Source of the DNA: Nemertoderma westbladi
Taxonomy: Eukaryota > Animalia > Xenacoelomorpha
DNA length: 64,000 nt
NCBI GenBank assembly: GCA_032718475.1
Contig: JAUCBJ010007614.1
Span: 1 to 64,000 of the forward strand
Reading direction: 5' to 3'
The notes under the pieces are model-generated. The model was given only the letters and a program-made list of their open reading frames with translations. It was not told where the DNA came from and ran no database searches. Numbering within the stretch: position 1 is the first letter of the stretch; every line of letters begins with the position of its first letter. Below, piece after piece: positions 15,561 to 25,646 of the stretch. A program made the translations under genes and the position numbers.

Positions 15561-16799
15561 TGTGAAAATGAAAAGTTCAAAAGAGTTATTTAAAGAGTGC
15601 GGCTACCGTTTCCATTGGCAAATAAACAATGCAGGCGCAGGAATCTTTTGCTGGTTTCCGTCAACCCCAGGATGCACCACTTCCACCACAGCAATTGTTT
15701 TCTTGGACAAAGTGACACCGCTGGTTGGATGGACTAACTGGCACTCAGATGGGAACTTGTTGTGTCCTGGTTGGCAAACCAAACCAAATGGTACTCTTCG
15801 AAAGTAAGTTATATTTCAGTATTATTTTAATTTGGTGATTGTAAATTCACAAAGGAGGGTAGACTGACAGAATGGTTTTCAATGTCTGTAGTTGTTTCTT
15901 CCTATTATTGCCCCTGATATAATGCCATATAACCAGCTGTCACTCATCCTGCACCTCCATTGTTTATTTTCCAAAAGTAGGTTCGCTGCACTCTTGCATT
16001 AGATTGGGTGTCTTTATATCCCAGGGGGCTTTATAACCCTGGGGTCTTTTGTCTTTATATCCCAGGGGTCTTATTATTATATCCAACTTGTAGACTAAAA
16101 ATGGGTCTTTATATCTCATGGGACTTATCCAACTACTTCACGAAATCGATAGAATTAAATTTACTTTCATCAAGCATCTCATGGCTACCCTGGCTATAAA
16201 GTTAATTAATGAAATCACTTTTATAGAATACATTATTTGATGTAATCCCAACATTTGTAATCCTGACGTCATCACATCGTACCGGGAATTCCGCCATGAC
16301 CGTCTTTCAAACTTCGATCAATTAGGATATACCCGTGACATGGCTTTCTCCTCGACAACTTGGCAAGGTCCGGCTCAGCAGAAGTACCACCACATCGTGA
16401 CCAGGTGGTACCGCACACGGTTTCCACCACAAACTCTGCTCAGACATCACTCCCTTCCACGACTTGTCACAGAACTACATCAGCGAGTTCTGCAACGGCT
16501 GCGCCGCTGATCATTATCACTGCCTCCAGTGCGCACTGCCTCCAGTGCGACAAATATCCACGCCTTTCGGAGTTGGCTTAAACTTTTAATTAAACCATCA
16601 AACACATTATTTTATCATAATACATCACACGAATTCACTTTTAGTGCAGTGAATTTTAAACATTTTTAATTTAAAATTTTAGAGTTAATTGTATTTTATT
16701 TATTAATCAAGCACATTAAGTAAAAACCGTACCGGTATGTATGTCAGTGCCAAAGTATATAAAAAACTAAAAAGCAACAAGACCTAGACATTGCATGCA

Positions 16800-17401
16800 A
16801 TCAGTGATCAGCTGACGGCAGCCAGCTGATCGGTAGGTTTCGCCCCGCAACTGAAGGCATTCTCAGGAGGCCAAGCCAGGAAATGTAGAGAGAGATTCCT
16901 GCAGGGGGACGGAACAGGTAACGAAATGAAGATATGTCTGTACTGTAACTAACCACTGGGAAGCAGCACCCTAAACTTGCGCCAGTCATGTTTCTGCTTG
17001 TTGATAACCGACCGGCTTGCGTGTTTGGATGTAATACATTTCAAGCTTTTGCAAGACTGGCCCGCAAAGGGTGTCTAGCAATTACAGTGAAATGTTTAAA
17101 CAATTCACGCCAGTCAGTCAGCCAACATGTATTGGGCTCGCCGCAGTGCGTCATGATGTGGTTGTGCACAGTCTTACCGTGTTCGCTCCCATCATTGGCT
17201 GTCCCATCCTGGTGCTGTCTAACGCGTTCAAACAAGTGTTGGATGGTGTGTCCAACATATTCCCCCTTACAAGAGGGACAAGAGAAAGAGTAAACGACGT
17301 TAGACGCAAGGATTTCCGGGATGGGGTGTTTGAGAGATGGGAGTGACTCGTGCAGTTTAGATGTTGTCGAACTGGCCATGTGCAAGACCTGGGTATAAGA
17401 C
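16800..17401 (-). mobile_element. Penelope-like element 3' fragment (GIY-YIG endonuclease and pLTR hammerhead-like motif)
   Basis: LKHPIPEILASNVVYSFSCPSCKGEYVGHT..HL..RVRQH, continuing after a frameshift as EMYYIQTRKP..INKQ. Downstream motif CTGAGAA-TGCCTTCAGTTGCGGGGC-GAAAC at 16837-16866. Truncated by the end of unit A. Confidence 0.88.
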
Positions 17402-17738
17402 TGTAAAAGCTTCTGTGGGATGTAACTGGCCCTTCGCCCCGCAACCCAGTTTTTCCCCCATACGCTAAAATACTCTGAAACCTACTGTAAAGGTTTTTCT
17501 GGGATATGACTGATTTGTTTTCTTTGCTAACCAGTTCCCCCCTCCAAGGCGTTGGAATCCTTTAGGAGGGATCTGAGCTGTTCGATTGGCCAGCCGGCTT
17601 GGGAAGGTTGCCCCAGTTACCCATAGCCCTGCGTTGAGTTAGTTCTGATTTCGACCAATCCCGAGCTACTGAACTGAAATTATCCTGTCTCACTGCTGAT
17701 TACATGTGTTGAACGGGATTCTTGGAAAATAAGAGAGC
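17402..17738 (+). repeat. Left 337-bp inverted terminal repeat of unit A
   Basis: Reverse complement of 25310-25646. Contains two ~84-bp subrepeats starting TGTAAAAG and TGTAAAGG. Confidence 0.95.
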
Positions 17739-20700
17739 AATCGATAGTCTGCTCTTCCTCGAAGAGTTGGTAGGCGTCGTCGTTGTCTGAGGAGTATCGT
17801 ATTCCCTCAGTGAGTTCGTCAACCTCACTGCTCTCCTCTTCCCAATCCTTCACTTGAAGTATCCGGTCTTGTGGCAGTCTTTCTTCAAGGGTTCTACGGG
17901 AAGGGCCAGTGAAGTACCAACCTACTCGAGTTCTTACCGCATAAGGCTGTAATGGCTGCGGTTGAGCAGGCCGTTTCTCTAACGTTTCAAGCGCCTCGTG
18001 CGCGTTTTGGCCGATGAGGATTTGTACTCCAGGATAATCAGTTTGGAATCGAGGTATTCTTAAATGTTGGATGTTTTCGTCCTCGTCCCAGTCATAAGGT
18101 TCTACTTGAGTAGTAGCGAAGTTCTTTATTGCCACCATTTTTACTGACCTTATACTTTGTTCCCCTAATCTATCCTGTGGGGTGGACAATGAGCCGATAT
18201 AGTAATCTGCCGTTAGGGTAGATTTCCAAACCTGCATAATTCCGGACATATTTAACTTAGTTCGGAATTTGGGTTGTCCAGCAAAAATATCCTCGGCCAA
18301 TTCCTTGTCGATGAATGTTCCGGTGCTACCTGAGTCAAGGAGGGCGTTCACTATGTAACTTTTGTCGGGACCGTGAACTCTTACCTGGACTACCGGAAAT
18401 TCTCGTATTCCTATGTTGGATGTTGGAACTTTCCAAGATGGTTGCCTGTCCAAGGGGGTTGATGGAAACTCCGGGTCGTTGTCCTTTTCGTACGTAAGTG
18501 CTCGATACACCGCGGTGTTTATTAGATAACAGGATTCGTTGGCATCAGAGAATTCGTCTGTGTAGAATCCCTCCCACTCAGAACCTTGGTCTGTGTCGTT
18601 CACATCACTGAATTGGACGTGCAGTTCGGGCTCACTTACCTGACTCTGGTGATTTCGGTCAAGTTCACTATGTAGCAAGTTGTGATGTTTCGCACCGCAC
18701 TTTGCACACCTAATATCTGAGTAACAGGTCTGTCGTTGGTGTCCTGGTCTGAGGCAATTATAACATAACCGCTTATTCCACACGACTTCTCTCCTGTCTG
18801 CTAGGGATTTCTTTAAGAATTCAGCACACGCACTCAAGCGGTGGAGCCCGTCACACAGTGTACAGTTTAACTTGATGTTGCTCACCTTATTTTGGGTGAT
18901 GTTATGTACTTTGGTCTTTTCTTCGGGCTTTCTTACCTGAATTCTTTTGGGAGATTGAGGAGGGGTTTTGTTAAACTTATCTCTCCTATCATTGGTTCGA
19001 GGTTGGTATTTACTTACGTCTCTCGGGCTTTTGTTAACATAATAAGAGTGGTCGGTGTCCTTTCCGCTGTCTTCTTCTTGAGAAACTTGGCTCTCGCCTT
19101 CGTCAGTATAACATACTGGGGTTACTCTCCTTCTAGAAACTGGTTTCTCACTTACCTTGGTTTCCGATGTTTTTTCTCGAGATTGCTTGATTAGCTGTAG
19201 TTTAACCTCGCAGTCTAGGAATGACATGAGATCCGACATGAGAGGACTCCTTTGTTGTTGTTCCATCATATGCAACACCCTCTTGTCCCAACGTGTACAT
19301 ACTCCACCCTTTGGCAAAGTAGAGACTATGGCTCCGATAACCATGGAGCTCTGATATTCATGGGACTTACCTAACCAATCCAATTGTCGGCAGATTTCTT
19401 GAATCTCATCGGAAAACTCTATAATCTCGTTACTAAGGAACTTTCGAGGAGCTACCAGTTTTGCATACAAATACTTAGCGATATTATCTTTATTACCATA
19501 CCTGGTGTTTAATGTGTCCCAGACTTGTCTTAATCCATTTGGATGTCCAATAAACTTCAACGCCATTAACTTGGGAGGTCCTTCCAAACATTTGATGAGG
19601 AATCTCAGTTTCTCTCCGCTAGATAGTACAGAGTTCTGTATGCTATCTTCATAATATTCTTTAAAAGGTAACCATTTCATCTCATCACCGTTGAATTTGA
19701 CAATTTCTCCCACTTTGACCGCTTGGCGGGCTTCTGTTCTAGCCATCTGACGCGTAAAGCTTTCTTGGGCCATCGTGTTATTTAATATCGAATTATCGGT
19801 ATATAAATGTTTCAGATCATTATCAGGTCTATAGGGAATATCATTATTCACAGGTTTGTAGTCTCCCGTAATAGGGTTTACTATAGGAGTTTCTACTTCG
19901 CTAGCAGTATATATGCGTATAGGCGACACACCTTGCGCATGATGTACTTCAGACCTAACAGGTTGACTCAGGGTTATAGGGGGTGTTTCTACTTTGCTAG
20001 CAGTATATATGCGTGTAGGCGACACACCTCGCGCATGATACACTTCAGACCTAGCAGGTTGACACAGGGTTACAGGGGGTGTTGGTATTCCCCTTTGTAT
20101 ATTGACTAATTTGTCGCGCTCGAGGGCGATATTTTGCTGCACTTCTTGCAGCTCTATCCTACTATCTCTTACGGTTCCCTTGAGTTGGTAGACAGTCCCT
20201 TCTAAGTCCCGGATCTGTTGCGAGGAACAGTCCCGCTGTTCTCGCATTTGACCGAGCAAGAGACTCATCTCCCGCCGTCCCCTCTCAACCCACTCGACCG
20301 CCGAAGCGGGAGTCGCCAACGTTGTAGCGGGCCGTATCGGGGCGACGGGAGACAGATCTTGTATGTCTCTCTCGGTCTCCAGAACCGGGACTTGGGCTGC
20401 TCCACCAGGTGCCGTCAATTTAATAGTACTGTGTAAAGGGAATTTGGTAGTAGATTTGGGGAGTACAGGGGTCTCTCTCACCGAAGGGGTGTTTTCTAGA
20501 ACAGGCCTAATTATTTCCGGCTCATCTACTATAGTAGGGAGTCTGGTAATGGTAATAGTTTGGTCTGTGGGTTCTGTACTATCTACTGCTATGCTAGCTA
20601 GTTGTCTCTTAACAGCTGGAGGCAAATCAGGCAATTTCTGACGTGGAGACATTCTTTTACGCCTACTGAGACGAGATCTATTTCCTCCACCTTCAGGGTC

Positions 20701-22239
20701 GGTAGTGTCTCCTTCCTCCGATGATGTATACCCTTGGCGTTTCGAAGTAGATCGACTCAGTATCTTCATTCGACTTTCTGTGAGGCGTTTATCGATGTAA
20801 TCATGTGTCTCTTGCAGATTTGCCAACTCTAGTTGGGCGATCTCGTCAGAAGCTCTCTTTTCCGCTTCTGCCAATTTTCTTTCTGCCTCTGCCTCTGCCG
20901 TTGCCGCTGCTACTTTTCTTTCTGCCTCTGCCTCTGTCGCTGCTGCTGCTATCTTTCTTGCTGCCTCTGCTTCTGTCGCTGCTGCTGCTATCTTTCTTGC
21001 TGCCTCTGCTTCTGCAGCTGCTACTGCCTTTCGATCTTCTATTCGTTTTTTCTGGACTTGTGTTTCCTGGGCTCTAGCGATGCGTCTTTCCTCATCAAAT
21101 TTAGCTTGATCTTTAGCTAACATCTCAGCATCGAGTTCGTCCAATACACGCTTAGCCCCTACACTATTAGGTGTAAATCCATGCAACCGTCTTCTCAACT
21201 CCTCGTCTCCTATGAATCGCTGATAATCTGACAAATAGGTATCAATTGCATCTCTCTTTTGTGGTCCTTCTGGTGTCTCTTCGGTTTCCACTTGAGAAAG
21301 GAGGGCATCAGTTGATTCATCGTAGGATGGTTGCTCTGTCAGCCGGGTTTTCCACTGGGCTGTCTCTTTAACTTCGCGTTCTATTCGCTGGAACCAAGTT
21401 TTGACAGCGACTTGCAGAGAAGTGTCCTGCTTTCTTTTCGACGTTTCCTCAAAGGCCGATAGGATCAGTCTAATACGTAAGGTACTTGCACGTACTTGAT
21501 AACGCAGCTCTTCCTGTTCTTGAGGTCCTAGGGTTTGTCTAAACAGCTGTTCCTGCTTCTGTAAGGAGTTGAAAAATCCCCGCACATATCCTGCTGCGGA
21601 CCTCTTCCAAACAGCTGGATCCATAGTATCTTTAGCCACCCCCATCTTGTGTATATCTTCCCAAGTCACTTCTGACAAATCGAGCGGTAATCCTATTCCA
21701 GGATTATTCCAATTTGACTCGACGACAGACATCAATTCTTCCCTTGCGTATCCCCAATAACTATCTTGGGTCGATTTCTTGTTTCTCGCCCAATCTTTTA
21801 GGTGTTCCTCCACCGCGATCAAGACCGCAGCCATCTTCGCAGTCGGTAGAGTGAGAAGGGGATCAAGGTAAGAGGGATCCAATGTCTCCACTTTGCGTTC
21901 GGGGGTCAGCTCTACAGTATCAGAATTACTGGAGCTGTCAGATCGCTGGGAAATAGGTTCTGGACCAGGAGGTTGCTGTGATGGGCCAGCTTCTTCTCGG
22001 TTCCGTTTGACCTGGGCCCGAGTGCCTATAATAGACCTATGGTGTGTTGACTTGGGATCTAATTCTACTACTAGAGGGGTAACTTTCCTTTCAGTAGGAG
22101 GTGAGCTGGGCTCTGTCTGAGTCCTATCAGTCTTATCACTCCTATCTGAGTCACAAATGGTAGTGTCTGGTGGACTGTCCGACAGGTTCTGTGTAATGTC
22201 TGATGGACTGTCCGACAGGTTCTGTTGTGTGTCAGACAT
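17680..22239 (-). CDS. gag: BEL/Pao-type Gag-protease polyprotein (1519 aa), truncated before RT
   Basis: DUF1759-like block (KFNGDEMKWLPF..KLRFLIKCLEG..LNTRYG). Triple Cys/His knuckle CTLCDGLHRLSAC / CYNCLRPGHQRQTC / CAKCGAKHHNLLH. Protease motif ALLDSGSTGTFI and PYAVRTRVGWYFTGP. The stop codon lies inside the left TIR. Confidence 0.92.
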   Translation of the reverse strand: MSDTQQNLSDSPSDITQNLSDSPPDTTICDSDRSDKTDRTQTEPSSPPTERKVTPLVVELDPKSTHHRSIIGTRAQVKRNREEAGPSQQPPGPEPISQRSDSSSNSDTVELTPERKVETLDPSYLDPLLTLPTAKMAAVLIAVEEHLKDWARNKKSTQDSYWGYAREELMSVVESNWNNPGIGLPLDLSEVTWEDIHKMGVAKDTMDPAVWKRSAAGYVRGFFNSLQKQEQLFRQTLGPQEQEELRYQVRASTLRIRLILSAFEETSKRKQDTSLQVAVKTWFQRIEREVKETAQWKTRLTEQPSYDESTDALLSQVETEETPEGPQKRDAIDTYLSDYQRFIGDEELRRRLHGFTPNSVGAKRVLDELDAEMLAKDQAKFDEERRIARAQETQVQKKRIEDRKAVAAAEAEAARKIAAAATEAEAARKIAAAATEAEAERKVAAATAEAEAERKLAEAEKRASDEIAQLELANLQETHDYIDKRLTESRMKILSRSTSKRQGYTSSEEGDTTDPEGGGNRSRLSRRKRMSPRQKLPDLPPAVKRQLASIAVDSTEPTDQTITITRLPTIVDEPEIIRPVLENTPSVRETPVLPKSTTKFPLHSTIKLTAPGGAAQVPVLETERDIQDLSPVAPIRPATTLATPASAVEWVERGRREMSLLLGQMREQRDCSSQQIRDLEGTVYQLKGTVRDSRIELQEVQQNIALERDKLVNIQRGIPTPPVTLCQPARSEVYHARGVSPTRIYTASKVETPPITLSQPVRSEVHHAQGVSPIRIYTASEVETPIVNPITGDYKPVNNDIPYRPDNDLKHLYTDNSILNNTMAQESFTRQMARTEARQAVKVGEIVKFNGDEMKWLPFKEYYEDSIQNSVLSSGEKLRFLIKCLEGPPKLMALKFIGHPNGLRQVWDTLNTRYGNKDNIAKYLYAKLVAPRKFLSNEIIEFSDEIQEICRQLDWLGKSHEYQSSMVIGAIVSTLPKGGVCTRWDKRVLHMMEQQQRSPLMSDLMSFLDCEVKLQLIKQSREKTSETKVSEKPVSRRRVTPVCYTDEGESQVSQEEDSGKDTDHSYYVNKSPRDVSKYQPRTNDRRDKFNKTPPQSPKRIQVRKPEEKTKVHNITQNKVSNIKLNCTLCDGLHRLSACAEFLKKSLADRREVVWNKRLCYNCLRPGHQRQTCYSDIRCAKCGAKHHNLLHSELDRNHQSQVSEPELHVQFSDVNDTDQGSEWEGFYTDEFSDANESCYLINTAVYRALTYEKDNDPEFPSTPLDRQPSWKVPTSNIGIREFPVVQVRVHGPDKSYIVNALLDSGSTGTFIDKELAEDIFAGQPKFRTKLNMSGIMQVWKSTLTADYYIGSLSTPQDRLGEQSIRSVKMVAIKNFATTQVEPYDWDEDENIQHLRIPRFQTDYPGVQILIGQNAHEALETLEKRPAQPQPLQPYAVRTRVGWYFTGPSRRTLEERLPQDRILQVKDWEEESSEVDELTEGIRYSSDNDDAYQLFEEEQTIDCSLIFQESRSTHVISSETG

Positions 22240-23582
22240 ATTTTAGTTGTACAGTTGAATGTCTACTGCTATAATCACAGTTAAAGCAAGTCTAGTAATT
22301 CAGTAAGACTGTTGGCCTAGTACAGGTAATTAATTGCAATATATTAGAATACCGGTATACACTTATAGTATATATAAGTATAACAGACTAGGTTTGTCAC
22401 AGAGTACCGGTATATAATTTTAGCACAAATATATATAAATATATAATAGGCCTATCGTAAATACCGGTATACAGCTGACACTTATAGTATATATAAGTAT
22501 AACTATTACTAGAATTAATTAAAGAATACCGGTATGATTTCAGTTCAAATTTATAGAAATAAATATAATAAACCTATTAGAGATACCGGTATATCAATTA
22601 TTTAGGATAATTGAATTTCTGAAATTATAAGTTACTTAGTTACTTGAGTTTACTTTGTTACCGTTATGCAAGCAGTAGTCCAACTGATATTGTGACCTAC
22701 TTGTTGTATGGCAGGCCTACTGATTTATAAATCTTTGGAGTTGATTTATAATATATATATACCCTGATAAGGGATTTCGTTACAAGATTGAAATAGGTGT
22801 TACTATTTCCGGCAAAATACCACTACACAGAAGCTAAGCGCTTTCAGTGAAGTACTACTTATGGGACACTAAACAGAATAATTCTACTGGCCTACGTTAC
22901 TTATTTACTAGTTACTTACTATTGGTGAGATTACAATCTCTAATAAACACACAAAACGTTACGTACAGAAATTTTTTAGGGCAATTTTACAGGGAAACTA
23001 CTAACCAGTCTAACAAAGGGTTAGAACCTTCTGGCTATTACAACGAACAGGATACTACGGTATTTGAAAATAATAAGTAGAAGTAAATACTGCGTTGTCT
23101 AGATAGGAAAGTACCACCGCCTGACGACCTACAGCCGTATCGCTATAGGTGCAACGTTATGTATCTACGGAGTGTTCCTACCTAGAAGTTAATTACCGCC
23201 GTCTACCAGAACGAGCGTGCCTATTAACCACTTTACAACACAATAATGCCTACACTAATTACTTTCGGAAAGCACTGTACACTAAACCCTAAATTAGGTA
23301 CAGGTACTTGTAAAAACAGATAACCAGTAGTTAAATATACTTGAACAGTTAAAAGAACCACAGCATCTGCTGGAGTGACCGGGGCACTGAGTCACCAGTC
23401 TTTACCTACGCCAAGCAGCCCGTGTAGTACTGGGGTTAATTTAACTATAACGGTATGTATAACAAACACAATTACTGTAGGAATAAACTTGGGGACATGA
23501 ATGTTGCGAGTAATCGCATAAACTCTGAATAATAAATATTACGCTACCCGTACAGAATACTCAAATAAAATACAAACCGGAT

Positions 23583-24100
23583 GCTGACAAACTACTATTA
23601 AGCCTAAATAAACTACAGGATGTGCAGATTCCGAAACTTGTTAGTGAGTATGCGTGCTAATAAGGTAGCGCGGCTTATTCTTTATGGGGGTTGACCTTAC
23701 AACTTACGAGTTGCCCCAACTTACTAACTGGCACCTATCAGACTCTCTACACACGCGGCAATCTCTTCAGACCCAACAACAGCTAGGCAACAATCCAGCC
23801 TACAAAATATCTAAATAATACTATTACGGTATCTGAACGGACTATACAGACAGTACAGTATAAACGCTGACGGACTACTATCAAGCCTAAATAACCACAG
23901 TATATGCAGATTCCGAAACTTGTTAGTGAGTATGCGTGCTAATAAGGTAGCGCGGCTTATTCTTTATGGGGGTTGACCTTACAACTTACGAGTTGCCCCA
24001 ACTTACTAACTGGCACCTATCAGACCCTCTACACACGCCGTAATCTTCAAGCCTAACAACAGTCAGACAACAGTCTAGCCTACAATGATCTGAACAATCT
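23583..24100. repeat. ~282-bp tandem duplication in the unit A leader
   Basis: Near-identical cores at 23622-23734 and 23904-24016. Confidence 0.92.
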
Positions 24101-25309
24101 GAGCAGACTTACACGTCTTCTACTCAATACTAACTTACACGTGAATAAAATCGACAGAAATAAGTAAACTGTACAGAAGAATGAGGGGTGATCAATCCCT
24201 AATCCCCTAGCAGCCTACAATATACACTATATCACAATCGAAATAATACTAATGCACTTGTACAGCAGTACCGGTTATGACAGTTAGGCCTACGGACCTA
24301 CGGTAATAGTACCGGTTATGACAGTTGGGCCTACTGACCTACTGGTACCGGTTCTGATGTACCGGTACTTTTCAATCTTATTGCTTACCGCAAATAAGAT
24401 CGATAGCTATTATTGTACGCGCTTTTATAGACCTTCAGCAGTTTAACCTGCCGAAATTTATATGTCTTTATTGATAATCTGCCTTTTGTAAGATGATAAG
24501 ATTTAATACAAAACAAACCAAAAACATTAGCCGAAGCCAGTCCATGCGCGTCCAAATGACCCGTTTATAACACCGGGAGACTGGATTCGTGGGCTTAAAT
24601 TTATTTGCGGTCAAGCCTACTGTATTATTCGATTGATCATTAATATATAATCTCTTACAAATATTATTCACTTTCGGGAAATATTAGCAGTTCCCTTTAG
24701 GACGTGGCGCTCTACCTATGTAAACAGAGTTATGACTGATACTACACACAACGATATGGCTTAAATTTCAAGCATAGGGCGCATTCTTTAGGAATGCTTT
24801 ATTATCAGACCAAATCACTTTACAATCACGCACGCTACCGGTAACGCACAACACTGCTCACTGATATGCCGACAGTTACTGACTTTGATCAGGTATAAAG
24901 AGATATGCACTGGACTCAGGTAGTGTCTGTCAAACAACATTAGATTCACTACAAACACAATAATAAAGTCGCAATTGTTGTACATAACCCTTCTCTCTAA
25001 CCTGTAGTGTATCAAGGATATTGGGAAAATGCGGGTTGATTATTGATATTCTTCAACTAATAACATCCAATTATACTGATACAAAATTACAAACAGTAAA
25101 AGCAGTATGACGGTAGGTTAAGATACAATTAGATTGCAAGTGATGAGATCAATCAATTAAATGATAAGATGAGATAATAGCTATGCTTTCTATAATTTAG
25201 CCTACTAATGTTCTTATAAAAAGGCAGAAAACATTTCGCTATCTCAAAAACGGTCTTAAAACTCTGATAATAAAGTCTCAAAATCATAACAAAAAGTCCC
25301 GTGACTTTA

Positions 25310-25646
25310 GCTCTCTTATTTTCCAAGAATCCCGTTCAACACATGTAATCAGCAGTGAGACAGGATAATTTCAGTTCAGTAGCTCGGGATTGGTCGAAAT
25401 CAGAACTAACTCAACGCAGGGCTATGGGTAACTGGGGCAACCTTCCCAAGCCGGCTGGCCAATCGAACAGCTCAGATCCCTCCTAAAGGATTCCAACGCC
25501 TTGGAGGGGGGAACTGGTTAGCAAAGAAAACAAATCAGTCATATCCCAGAAAAACCTTTACAGTAGGTTTCAGAGTATTTTAGCGTATGGGGGAAAAACT
25601 GGGTTGCGGGGCGAAGGGCCAGTTACATCCCACAGAAGCTTTTACA
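25310..25646 (-). repeat. Right 337-bp inverted terminal repeat (5' end) of unit A
   Basis: Reverse complement of 17402-17738. The terminal sequence is homologous to the unit B terminus at 31995-32067. Confidence 0.95.

Larger units (their letters stand above)
17402..25646 (-). mobile_element. Unit A: BEL/Pao-derived gag-protease element bounded by 337-bp terminal inverted repeats
   Basis: 17402-17738 is the reverse complement of 25310-25646, with no mismatch seen. Termini TGTAAAAG...CTTTTACA. Single long ORF, no RT/RNase H/integrase, no TSD. Confidence 0.85.

Noticed and set aside
20805-21120. Cys/Leu-rich + strand ORFs (also 27604-27945)
   Set aside because: Antisense shadows of the Ala-Glu repeats in gag.
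17402-25646. DIRS or Polinton assignment for the inverted-repeat unit
   Set aside because: No tyrosine recombinase, RT, internal complementary region, pPolB or AG..CT termini were seen. Gag and protease are BEL-type.
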